Assembly (NCBI GenBank): GCA_040752695.1
Contig: JBFMGO010000032.1
Coordinates: forward strand, 1-48,158
DNA length: 48,158 bases
Direction: 5' to 3'
Origin: a bacterium
GTDB taxonomy: Bacteria; SZUA-182; DTGQ01
Numbering within the stretch: position 1 is the stretch's first letter; every line of letters starts with the position of its first letter. Below are positions 38,455 to 47,071 of this stretch, piece after piece. The notes under the pieces are model-generated. The model was not told the origin of the DNA and ran no database searches. It saw only the letters and a list, made by a program, of their open reading frames with translations. A program made the translations under genes and the position numbers.

Positions 38455-39510
38455 GTGAAAAACATAAGGCCGATGCGGATTTTGATTGCCTTCTTGTTAT
38501 TGTATTATATGGTGGTATCCTGCTCCGGATGCGCTTTTGTCTCGGTCCCGGCATTTGGGCCGTCATCTTTCGATCTGGAAGAAAAAACCGTCCTGGGAGA
38601 GGGGAAAGATAAAGTGCTCCTCATGGATATTTCAGGCACCATTTCAGAGGAGGACGAAACCAACCCCTTAGGGATGACAACGAAAATCAATCCCGTTGCC
38701 CGCATACGGGAAGAGTTGGAGCTGGCTAAAAAAGATAAAAAGATCAAGGCCCTTATCCTGAAAATCGACAGCCCCGGCGGAACCGTGACTGCCAGTGACA
38801 TTATTTATCATGAATTAAAGACCTTCAAAGAAGAAACCGGCATCCCCATATTCATCAGCATGATGGATGTGGCTGCCTCCGGCGGATACTATATCGCCAT
38901 GGCCGGGGATAAAATCATTGCCCACCCTACGACCATCACCGGAAGCATCGGCGTCCTGACCATGAAATTTGACGTCCAGGGATTAATGGACAAGATCGGC
39001 GTGGAAGAGGTAACGGTCAAATCTGGAGATATGAAAGACTTCAACTCTATTTTCCACACCCTGCGACCCGAAGATCAGGCTTTGTTGCAGCATGTCATCG
39101 ATTCTTTATACGAGCGGTTCATCGGGATCATGGTCGAATCAAGACCCGGCCTGGCTGCCCTATCCAGGGAGAACATCAGACAGATTGCCGATGGCAGGAT
39201 ATATACTGCACAGGAAGCGCTAGATCTTAAACTGATCGATGGCATCGGCTATCTGGAAGATGCAATCAGCCTGGCTAAAAAGGAAGCCGGGTTAATCCGG
39301 GCAAAAGTGGTCATCTACCAGAGATTTTCCCAGCATAAAAGCACGATCTACTCGCATGATTCTTCCGCCAGCTCTTTTCCTTTGACCGGCGGTGCGCTGG
39401 CTGCCTCTGTACTGACTTCCCCGCTGTCAGACCTTAAGAGTCTCCCCCTTGTCAAGGATTTATCCGCCAGGGAGTTATCCGGCAGGTTCTGGTATTTGTG
39501 GACTCCTTGA
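38455..39510 (+). CDS. sppA: Signal peptide peptidase SppA (S49), probable lipoprotein
   Basis: IDSPGG, VAASGGYYIA, TGSIGV, KSGDMKD, ADGRIYTAQEA; signal peptide ending SCSGC. Confidence 0.92.
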   Translation: MKNIRPMRILIAFLLLYYMVVSCSGCAFVSVPAFGPSSFDLEEKTVLGEGKDKVLLMDISGTISEEDETNPLGMTTKINPVARIREELELAKKDKKIKALILKIDSPGGTVTASDIIYHELKTFKEETGIPIFISMMDVAASGGYYIAMAGDKIIAHPTTITGSIGVLTMKFDVQGLMDKIGVEEVTVKSGDMKDFNSIFHTLRPEDQALLQHVIDSLYERFIGIMVESRPGLAALSRENIRQIADGRIYTAQEALDLKLIDGIGYLEDAISLAKKEAGLIRAKVVIYQRFSQHKSTIYSHDSSASSFPLTGGALAASVLTSPLSDLKSLPLVKDLSARELSGRFWYLWTP

Positions 39511-39675
39511 CCTAATGAATGGCAGCAATGTTGTGCAATTTGTTTCATAAGATAACTATCTGAAATTACATTTTATTAATAAGATACCAATCATATTGAT
39601 ATTTTATTGCACAGTTTGATAGCATGTTTTTATTCTTTTCGCCGAAAAATCATACGGATTGCAATAACTAATTTA

Positions 39676-39691
39676 TGGCATGATTTTTGCT
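39676..39691 (+). promoter_or_regulatory. sigma54 promoter of the AT-rich two-gene cassette
   Basis: TGGCATGATTTTTGCT = GG-N10-GC with TTGC -12 box, about 40 nt before ATG 39731. IHF-like TAACTATCTGAAA near 39553-39565. Confidence 0.75.
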
Positions 39692-39730
39692 TCTTAAAAA
39701 AAGATATAATCTTATTAAAGGTGATTGATT

Positions 39731-40126
39731 ATGCCAAATAAAGAAGTCATACAGAGTTACTTAAACAACTTTAGAAGACATATTTATCCACATCTTAAAC
39801 CAAATGTTGGAATAAAAGCTATTGTTTACCCTTGTGAAGAAGAGGGCGCAATAATAAATTTTTGTTTAGGAAAAAATCGGCCATCATGCGATGACTATAA
39901 GAAAAAAAATAAAAAAATAACAAATGTCTTAAGGTCAAATAACCTTTCACGTTTTTTCGAAAAAGAAATCCCAGACCAAAAAATGGAGGCGGTTAGATTT
40001 AAAGGCACTAATTATATAATGGAAGGTCATAACATAATCTTGATTAAAGATGACTCTCCGGCTCAATGGGATGATAAGAAAAGTGAAGAGGACGTACAAA
40101 AGATACTATCAGAAGCTTTTGCTTGA
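39731..40126 (+). CDS. Hypothetical soluble protein (131 aa)
   Basis: Uninterrupted ORF in AT-rich DNA, RBS AAGGTG before ATG 39731, 3 nt from the next ORF; no recognised domain. Confidence 0.75.
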   Translation: MPNKEVIQSYLNNFRRHIYPHLKPNVGIKAIVYPCEEEGAIINFCLGKNRPSCDDYKKKNKKITNVLRSNNLSRFFEKEIPDQKMEAVRFKGTNYIMEGHNIILIKDDSPAQWDDKKSEEDVQKILSEAFA

Positions 40127-40129
40127 CGA

Positions 40130-40546
40130 ATGAAGATAAGCAATATTGAAGGATCTCCCAAAGAAATTAAAGATTTTTGTGCAAGATTTAACCTTGATAT
40201 CAAAGATCTTATTGAAAAACCTAAAAAAGAAGTAAATAAAGTATGGATTATAATCCCTTCGGTAGTTTTTCTTATTTTTTCTTTACTTATTCTTCTTTAT
40301 CCATGCAATAATGTACTCCTGAAAATAGCATCAATAGTTATTGGTATTTTATGTGGTGGATGTGCTACATGCGTTGTTCAGATAAAATATAATAACGTCA
40401 TTGCTACTGTTATATTTGTTCTTGTTTGCTTCTTCATTCTGGGAATTTGTAGCAGATTCATTCCCCTGGAGGAGACTTTCCAAAAAATCAATGCGATTAC
40501 CCTTGATAAATACAAAGAGATGGCCCCTTCACAAAAGAAACCATAG
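40130..40546 (+). CDS. Hypothetical membrane protein (about 3 TM helices)
   Basis: Short soluble N-terminus (NIEGSPKEI), then three hydrophobic segments; tightly coupled to the upstream ORF. Confidence 0.75.
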   Translation: MKISNIEGSPKEIKDFCARFNLDIKDLIEKPKKEVNKVWIIIPSVVFLIFSLLILLYPCNNVLLKIASIVIGILCGGCATCVVQIKYNNVIATVIFVLVCFFILGICSRFIPLEETFQKINAITLDKYKEMAPSQKKP

Positions 40547-40624
40547 GTTTTTTATGGTTTCTTTCTTTTCAGACATTACCCTGCTGTTTGAAATATCGAA
40601 GTAATGCTAAGTATCGAAATGATA

Positions 40625-40795
40625 TTAGTTATTATTTACCCTCAGATCCTCTTCAAGTTCCGACTTTTTAAATCTGTAGGCTTTGCCAACCTTAAAAGCC
40701 CGGATCTTTCCTTCATGAATTAACCTGAAAAGAGTAACCTTTGTAATTCTAAAGTATTCAATAACCTCTTGGGTGGTTAAAACTTCCTTTTCCAT
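40625..40795 (-). CDS. Stand-alone excisionase-like HTH_17 protein
   Basis: MEKEVLTTQEVIEYFRITKVTLFRLIHEGKIRAFKVGKAYRFKKSELE; TTGACA-N18-TATATT upstream (40866-40837). Confidence 0.85.
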   Translation of the reverse strand: MEKEVLTTQEVIEYFRITKVTLFRLIHEGKIRAFKVGKAYRFKKSELEEDLRVNNN

Positions 40796-40975
40796 TATCG
40801 GCCCCAGGTTTAATATTATATGTCTATTTACCAAATAATATACTATTATTAATCTTAACTTGTCAAGGAAAAATCAATGTTTCAGGAAAAGCTGGCTTCG
40901 AGAGGCACCGGCTTATCCTCTCCTAAGATGCGAGTCTCTTTATTCCCCACCATCCGTATTCCCTACTATCCGTGC

Positions 40976-41527
40976 TTACAGACCCAATTCTCCCGATATC
41001 CCCTGCATGGCTTTGAGTCCAAGATCGATGAACTCATCCAGCTTGAGTTCCACCTGTTCGCAGGCGAGGATTTGCTCCCTGTTGGCCCCTTTGGCAAACC
41101 ACTTTTCCTGAAACCGTTTGAGAATAAAGGAAGTATCCAGAACTGCCAGTTTTTTCTGCGGATGGACCAGGGCCGCTGCTACAATCAGGCCGGAGAGAGG
41201 ATCTGCGGCGAACAAGGACGTATCGATGCGGCTCAGTCGCGGTTGTCCATAAGCCGGGCCGTGTGCCTTGACAGCCTGGATGATGACAGGATCTGCCCCG
41301 GCCTCTTCCAGCATCCTGGCCCCCAGTCTGCCGTGCTGATCTGGATCGTTGAGGGTTAGATCATAGTCGATATCATGGACCAGACCGGCCAGTCCCCAAA
41401 GATTTGCATCCTCTCCAAAATGTACGGCCAGGGCGGCCATTATGGATTCGGTAGCCAGCATGTGCTTGATCAGATTTTTATTTTTCACCTTTTCCCTGAT
41501 AAGGGAAATGGCACTGTCTCTATTCAT
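40976..41527 (-). CDS. HD-superfamily metal-dependent hydrolase (HDIG-like)
   Basis: KHMLATE, GLVHDIDY, QHG, KAH, AADPLSG, FAKGANRE. Confidence 0.88.
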   Translation of the reverse strand: MNRDSAISLIREKVKNKNLIKHMLATESIMAALAVHFGEDANLWGLAGLVHDIDYDLTLNDPDQHGRLGARMLEEAGADPVIIQAVKAHGPAYGQPRLSRIDTSLFAADPLSGLIVAAALVHPQKKLAVLDTSFILKRFQEKWFAKGANREQILACEQVELKLDEFIDLGLKAMQGISGELGL

Positions 41528-41623
41528 GGTATCTTATGCTCCGATTATTATTTATAGGTTATAGATTATGGATTTTATAGGCTGTGGATTACCGGTAAAC
41601 GCTGCAAGATTTCATGATTTGGA

Positions 41624-42235
41624 CTACCTGCTTTTTTTCGACCGGAAGCCATGCTCGGTCCCGGCCATCAATCGCTGGATATTTGACCTGTGCTTAAAGA
41701 TCAGCAGGGCAGAGGCCAAAAGAGCCACCTGGAAAAGGGTGCTGTTTCCTCCAGAGAAGAGGAAGATGAATACAGGGAGGACCATGGCAGCCGAAACCGA
41801 GGCCAGAGAAACGTAGCGGCTGACTGCGAAGACGCCCAGCCACGTCAGCAGCGCAAGCACGGCTGGCAAAGGGGCAAGAATGAGAAAAACTCCAAGACTT
41901 GTAGCCACGCCTTTGCCGCCCCTGAACCTGCTGAAGATGGACCAGTCATGGCCGATAATAGCCATAAATCCCATGATGGCTGCCAGCCCGGAGGAGGAGA
42001 GGAAAACCTTTCCCAGAATACTTGCCGCCATTCCCTTGCCCAGGTCTCCAAGAAGGGTGAAAATAGCGGGCTTTTTCCCGACTGCGCGCAGCACGTTGGT
42101 CGCACCGGGATTCTTACTGCCAACCTGCCGGATATCGACACGATACATCCGGGCAATCAGTACACCGAAGGGAATAGACCCAAGGAAGTAGGCCATGAGG
42201 AAAAAAAATGCCGGTTTTAAAATTGCCATACTCAT
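41624..42235 (-). CDS. plsY: Glycerol-3-phosphate acyltransferase PlsY
   Basis: YFLGSIPFG, DIRQVGSKNPGATN, GHDWSIF..FRGGKGVAT, RYVSLAS, KHRSNIQRL.AGTE. Confidence 0.95.
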   Translation of the reverse strand: MSMAILKPAFFFLMAYFLGSIPFGVLIARMYRVDIRQVGSKNPGATNVLRAVGKKPAIFTLLGDLGKGMAASILGKVFLSSSGLAAIMGFMAIIGHDWSIFSRFRGGKGVATSLGVFLILAPLPAVLALLTWLGVFAVSRYVSLASVSAAMVLPVFIFLFSGGNSTLFQVALLASALLIFKHRSNIQRLMAGTEHGFRSKKSR

Positions 42236-42443
42236 ACTGCCTCTTTTATTGAATGATCATTTCCTTTGCGATGTGATCATCTGCGGTAGAAACTGAAAGC
42301 CGTATCGTCATTTTTTAAGGCCACGCTGTATCAGGGGACATACACACCCTAGTGGGTCTTCACGGCTGAATTTGTGAAGGAGAGAGGTTGTTTTTGCCCC
42401 TCATTTAAACGCTTGTCCCCACAATTTCAAGTGTGAAGATCCA

Positions 42444-42983
42444 CTAGATAGTCAGTTTGATATTCTTGTTAAATTGGATCACATACTCGATTCCTGAAAT
42501 GATAGCCATAATCATGGCCACCCAGAGCAAAATGCGGCCCAGGGAAATCCCGCCCAAAATCGAAAAAGGGAATTTATCCAGGATCAGGAAGGAAATGGCC
42601 AGTATCTCGCTGACAGCCTTATATTTCCCCAACTTGCTGGCCGCGATGACCATTCCCTGGGATGCGGCCACCGAGCGCAGGCCGGTGATGGCAATCTCCC
42701 GGCTGATAATGACTACCACTATCCAGGCGGGGGCCAGGCCCATTTCGACCAGGGAGATTAAAGCGGAGGAAATGAGCAGCTTGTCTGCTATAGGGTCCAG
42801 CAGCTTACCGAATGTCGTAGTCTGTTTTGCTTTCCTGGCAATATACCCATCCAGCCAGTCTGTCATGGCAGCCAGTAAAAAAATGCCCAGGGCCAAAGGC
42901 ATACTGAAGCGGGTCAGGAGCACGGTCACCAGGACCGGAACCAAAAAGATCCGGATTATTGAGAGCTTATTGGGTAGTGTCAT
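42444..42983 (-). CDS. pgsA: CDP-diacylglycerol-glycerol-3-phosphate 3-phosphatidyltransferase
   Basis: MTLPNKLSIIR, CDP-alcohol motif DWLDGYIAR..FGKLLDPIADK, REIAITGLR, GKYK. Confidence 0.95.
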   Translation of the reverse strand: MTLPNKLSIIRIFLVPVLVTVLLTRFSMPLALGIFLLAAMTDWLDGYIARKAKQTTTFGKLLDPIADKLLISSALISLVEMGLAPAWIVVVIISREIAITGLRSVAASQGMVIAASKLGKYKAVSEILAISFLILDKFPFSILGGISLGRILLWVAMIMAIISGIEYVIQFNKNIKLTI

Positions 42984-43104
42984 AATGGCTTTCAGTCTGC
43001 ACGTCGTTCATGCTGTTTCCAGAAAAGGACGTTAAAAAAATTTAAAAATTATCGGGAATCTTACCTTTTTTCATGCACAGTCATCGGAGTATTCCTGATT
43101 CTCT

Positions 43105-43170
43105 GCCGTTTTTGCGGTAAAAGCCGCTTTTGCGATAAGAGCCGCTTTTGCGATAAGAGCCGCTTTGCGC
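43105..43170. repeat. 3.7 tandem copies of an 18-bp unit
   Basis: GCCGTTTTTGCGGTAAAA / GCCGCTTTTGCGATAAGA x2 / GCCGCTTTGCGC. Confidence 0.9.
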
Positions 43171-43186
43171 ACACCCGCATTAGTGA

Positions 43187-44446
43187 TCAAAGGCCCACAC
43201 GCCTGACCAGTTCCTTTTTCAGTATCTGGAAAATGTGGGCCTGTTCCACGATCCCCACCAGTTTTCTTGACTCCTCGTCGATCACCGGCAGGCAGGCAGT
43301 TCCTTTTTTCAGGAACAGGTCCATGGCATCCTTCAGCGTCGCCGATTGAGAGACACTGGGGAAATCAGACCGGCAAAAGTCCCGTGCATAGAGAACGTCA
43401 TGCAAGCCCTGATCCAGTAACACGTTTCTTGCTTCGTGCAGGGTGATGACTCCAAGGTAACCTCTCTTGCGGTCAACGACGGGGAAGAACATGCGCTGAC
43501 TATCTTTTAAAAGCTGCATAACGTCCCGGACCGGCATATCTTCATCGATAAGCTCGATCGTAGTATCCATCGCCTCCTTCACGCCTATGCCGGCAAGGAT
43601 ATTTTTTTCGAAATCCAGGGTAGAGGCAATTTCATAGGTTACCTGATACAGCGAGGATAATTCCTCCCTCGAATATCTCAGCCGTTCGGCCAGTTCGTTG
43701 AGCAGGTTGACAATATCTCCCATCTCGTCCGATGAGGAGAATTCGATCTGCTTCAGATCCCCTGAAATGACGGAAATCCCCCGCATTCTGGCAATGATTT
43801 CCCTGAGTGGATAATCGACCATCCGCCGCAGAGTGATATACAGGATCGTAAGGATGACCAGGATGGTGACCACGGAACTTAATCCCATTTGAGTCCAAAG
43901 GAGCGCCTTGCGGTTATCGCTTTTGGGCTGGATAAAATCAGCCAGGAAAAAGCCCAGGATCTTTTGCCTGACCTCGTGGCAGCGCTGGCATGATTGCTGA
44001 TTTACGATTGGGGTAAAATGCCGGATTACCTTCTTGCCTCCTGAAAAAAAAGTCTGAATTACCGGGCGGGGCGACTCGAGACGATTGTTGTCATGACAAA
44101 GGAGACATTCCTGAGTTTCGACCTCGTCTTTCGAGTTCGACTCCTGACTGTCAAAGAGGATCTTCCCTTCTTTCGTCAGAAGCCGGATTCGGCTGATATC
44201 CAACCGGCTCCCAAACTCGGACAGCCTTGAGCGGATCAGCTCATAGTCCTGCTGAATGAAAGAGTCCTCAAGCCCATACGTCAAAAGATCCATCAACCGA
44301 TTTTGATAACCTATCTTATCGATGTATTGCCATGAGGCACTGCTGTAAGTAAACAGGCCGATGAACGCTCCTCCCATGAGGATAATAGGGATAAGGACGG
44401 TAATAATAATCTTCAAGCTGAGTCTACTGAGCCCAATCCGGTCCAT
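43187..44446 (-). CDS. Membrane sensor: TM - extracytoplasmic domain with two CxxCH - TM - HAMP - tandem CBS pair
   Basis: Start MDRIG at 44446 after GGAAGAAGAG; upstream in-frame extension to 44797 is hairpin-rich and probably non-coding. CLLCH and CQRCH lie between two TM helices; HAMP (YPLREI..GDL..SSDEMGDIVNLLNEL); CBS motifs FPVVD..YLGVIT and LPVID..LVGIV. Confidence 0.85.
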   Translation of the reverse strand: MDRIGLSRLSLKIIITVLIPIILMGGAFIGLFTYSSASWQYIDKIGYQNRLMDLLTYGLEDSFIQQDYELIRSRLSEFGSRLDISRIRLLTKEGKILFDSQESNSKDEVETQECLLCHDNNRLESPRPVIQTFFSGGKKVIRHFTPIVNQQSCQRCHEVRQKILGFFLADFIQPKSDNRKALLWTQMGLSSVVTILVILTILYITLRRMVDYPLREIIARMRGISVISGDLKQIEFSSSDEMGDIVNLLNELAERLRYSREELSSLYQVTYEIASTLDFEKNILAGIGVKEAMDTTIELIDEDMPVRDVMQLLKDSQRMFFPVVDRKRGYLGVITLHEARNVLLDQGLHDVLYARDFCRSDFPSVSQSATLKDAMDLFLKKGTACLPVIDEESRKLVGIVEQAHIFQILKKELVRRVGL

Positions 44447-44707
44447 ATTCTCTTCTTCCGCTGGGGATAAGGCTAATAAAATAGGCGATATATCAGCCCT
44501 GGGGATGTATGCTCTTCGTGCATATACTGATGTATATCGGACCCGGTCACAGAAATCCTCATTATAGACTATTACTATTACCATTATTCCCCTATGGATG
44601 TCAAGAACAGCTTCGATTCCCCCTCTTCTAAAAGGGGAGACGAGGAGGTTTTTATCGCCAAAGAGGCATCCTGTTTTTTTGGATAACCGCATGGAAACAG
44701 GCCTTCC

Positions 44708-44781
44708 GGCAGGGGATAAAGCCCCCCTGCCAGCAAAAAGGCCCTTTGAAAACACACTCTTCGTGTTTTCAAAGGGCCTTT
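44708..44781. terminator. Tandem hairpins downstream of porB
   Basis: GGCAGGGG/CCCCTGCC stem (44708-44731) and a perfect 19-bp stem AAAGGCCCTTTGAAAACAC / GTGTTTTCAAAGGGCCTTT (44737-44781). Confidence 0.65.
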
Positions 44782-44834
44782 GCGATTCATCGATCATGCA
44801 AGGGGCGCTTCTTCCCCTTTTTGGCTTACCATTT

Positions 44835-44880
44835 TACCGCCAAGCTTAACGTCAGGGTACCATCAAGCTTAACGTCAGGC
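44835..44880. repeat. 23-bp tandem duplication 3' of the porB stop
   Basis: TACCGCCAAGCTTAACGTCAGGG / TACCATCAAGCTTAACGTCAGGC. Confidence 0.85.
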
Positions 44881-44898
44881 TGGTCTTAAGGTCCGGAT

Positions 44899-45834
44899 TC
44901 AGGCTTGATCCATTTCTTCCCGTCTGAGCAGGTTTTCCCACTTGGCGTCTATCCCTTCCTGAAGTTTTTGCAGGATATGCTCGTTTCCGGGTTTAAAGAG
45001 ATGCTTGAACCTGCCCTGCATTTTCATCCATTCCGTAACGGGTTTTTTCTCCTTCGGTTTATAATTGACGGTCACCTTGCCGTTCTCAACCTCGTACAGC
45101 GGCCAGAAGCAGGTTTCTACGGCCAGTTTGGATAATACGATGGCCTGATCGATCCCGCTTCTCCATCCCCGGTGGCAGGGCGCAATGACATTCAGGAACT
45201 TGGGGCCTTTGATGGAGAGGGCCTTTTCCACCTTCCGGTTCAGGTCCTTCCAGTTATGCGGTGAGCCCTGCGCCAGATAAGGGATATGGTGGGCCTCTAC
45301 GACATCGGTCAGGTCTTTGCGGTATTGCTGTTTGCCGGGGATCACTTTGCCCGCAGGGCTGGTGGTGGTATCGGCGCCTAAGGGAGTAGAGCTCGAGCGC
45401 TGAATACCGGTATTCATGTAGGCTCCGTTATCGTAGCAGACATAGAGAAAGTCATGTCCCCGCTCAAGCCCGCCGGACAATGATTGCAGCCCGATGTCGT
45501 ACGTTCCGCCATCACCGCCGAAGGCGATGAATTTGATTTCTTCGTCTACCGGCAGTTTCCCCTTTCGCTTCAGGGACTGATACATGGCTTCCACTCCGCA
45601 GGCCGTAGCTGCCGAATTTTCAAAGGCGCTGTGGATGAAAGGGACTCTCCATGAAGTGTATGGATAGATGGTGGTGGCAACTTCCAGACAGCCGGTAGAG
45701 CAGGAGACCACCACGTTTCGTCCGGCTGCCAGAAGGATCTGTCGGACAACAATAGAGGCACCGCAGCCGGCACACAGACGATGTCCTCCGGCCAGGAGCT
45801 CTTCTCTTTGAGATAATTCTTTTAATGTGGCCAT
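44899..45834 (-). CDS. porB: Pyruvate/2-oxoacid:ferredoxin oxidoreductase beta subunit (TPP-binding)
   Basis: GHRLCAGCG, STGCLEV, GGDGGTYDIG, YDNGAYMNTGIQRSSSTP, APC. Confidence 0.95.
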   Translation of the reverse strand: MATLKELSQREELLAGGHRLCAGCGASIVVRQILLAAGRNVVVSCSTGCLEVATTIYPYTSWRVPFIHSAFENSAATACGVEAMYQSLKRKGKLPVDEEIKFIAFGGDGGTYDIGLQSLSGGLERGHDFLYVCYDNGAYMNTGIQRSSSTPLGADTTTSPAGKVIPGKQQYRKDLTDVVEAHHIPYLAQGSPHNWKDLNRKVEKALSIKGPKFLNVIAPCHRGWRSGIDQAIVLSKLAVETCFWPLYEVENGKVTVNYKPKEKKPVTEWMKMQGRFKHLFKPGNEHILQKLQEGIDAKWENLLRREEMDQA

Positions 45835-45853
45835 TTTTCTCCTCTATCTTCCC

Positions 45854-47035
45854 CTATTCCCGGACAGTGAGATAGGTGATGAGTTCTTCGATCTTTCCTG
45901 TTTGCCTGATTTTCTGAAGGTCTTCTACGACCTGCTCAATATGGGGAATTCCCAGATCCCTGCCTCCAAGGCCGTAGATATAATTCACTGCCCTGGGAGG
46001 AGTGGGAAGATCGTACAGGCTCGAGCGAACCTCGGAAAAAACCGGCCCGCCGGCAGCACCAAAGGAATCGCAGCGGTCCATTACCGCCAGAGCCTTCAGG
46101 TGCCCTAAGGCTGCCTGCAACTCCTCCACGGGGAATGGCCGGAAGACGCGAAGCTTTACCATGCCCACCTTGATCCCCCGCTCGCGCATCTGGTCCACGA
46201 CAAACCTGGTCGTTCCGGCTGAAGAGCCCAGGGTAAGGATTCCAATCTCTGCATCCTCCAGGCGATATGGTTCAAAAAAACCATACTTTCTCCCGCTTAA
46301 GGCGGCATAGTCCTGGCCTGCTTTTAAAATGACCGGCTTGGCTGCTCTCATGGCCTCGGACTGCTGCCGCTTATGCTCCGAGTAGTAGTCCTGAAGATCC
46401 AGAGGACCAAAGGTAACCGGCTGTTTTATATTCAAAAGAGAGTAATGGGGGATGTACTCCCCGATAAATTCCTTAACCTTTTCATCTGACAGCATCTCCA
46501 GATTCTCGATGGAATGACTGATGATGAAACCATCCATACCGACCATAACCGGAAGCCGTACCTCCTTCTCCTGGCCGATGACCACGGCCTGTAAGAGGTT
46601 ATCGTACGCTTCCTGCGCATTTTCGGAATAAAATTGAATCCATCCCGAATCCCTGGCACCCATGCCGTCACTGTGGTCCCCATGAATATTGATGGGAGCA
46701 CTCAGTGCCCGGTTGACTACCATCATGATAATCGGCAGGCGGTTGCCTGAGGCAATGTAGAGCATTTCCCACATCAGGGCCAGACCATTAGCCGAAGTTG
46801 CGGTCATGACCCGCCCCCCCGCCGCTGCTGCCCCAATGCAGGCACTCATGGCACTATGTTCACTTTCTACGGTCACAAGTTCCGTGTCCACCTTTCCATC
46901 GGCGACGAACGAGGCAAACTGCTGCATCACTTCCGTTGAAGGTGTAATCGGATAAGCAGCACATACATCCGGATTGATTTGCCTCATGGCGTTGGCCACG
47001 GCGATATTGCCGGTCATAGCTACCGGTTTTCCCAT
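45854..47035 (-). CDS. porA: Pyruvate/2-oxoacid:ferredoxin oxidoreductase alpha subunit
   Basis: AYPITPSTE, VESEHSAMS, TATSANGL, NRALSAPINIHGDHSD, DGFIISH, RVFRPFP, GLGGRD. Confidence 0.95.
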   Translation of the reverse strand: MGKPVAMTGNIAVANAMRQINPDVCAAYPITPSTEVMQQFASFVADGKVDTELVTVESEHSAMSACIGAAAAGGRVMTATSANGLALMWEMLYIASGNRLPIIMMVVNRALSAPINIHGDHSDGMGARDSGWIQFYSENAQEAYDNLLQAVVIGQEKEVRLPVMVGMDGFIISHSIENLEMLSDEKVKEFIGEYIPHYSLLNIKQPVTFGPLDLQDYYSEHKRQQSEAMRAAKPVILKAGQDYAALSGRKYGFFEPYRLEDAEIGILTLGSSAGTTRFVVDQMRERGIKVGMVKLRVFRPFPVEELQAALGHLKALAVMDRCDSFGAAGGPVFSEVRSSLYDLPTPPRAVNYIYGLGGRDLGIPHIEQVVEDLQKIRQTGKIEELITYLTVRE

Positions 47036-47071
47036 TTCTTTTTGACCCCCTTCCTTATTGTGCTGGTATCC

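Noticed and set aside
42334..42420. tRNA gene after pgsA
   Set aside because: No GTTC T-loop, wrong arm spacing, no CCA.
44447..44797. 117-aa N-terminal extension of the heme-CBS sensor
   Set aside because: Region is packed with hairpins and reads as non-protein-like; ATG 44446 has an RBS and directly precedes TM1.
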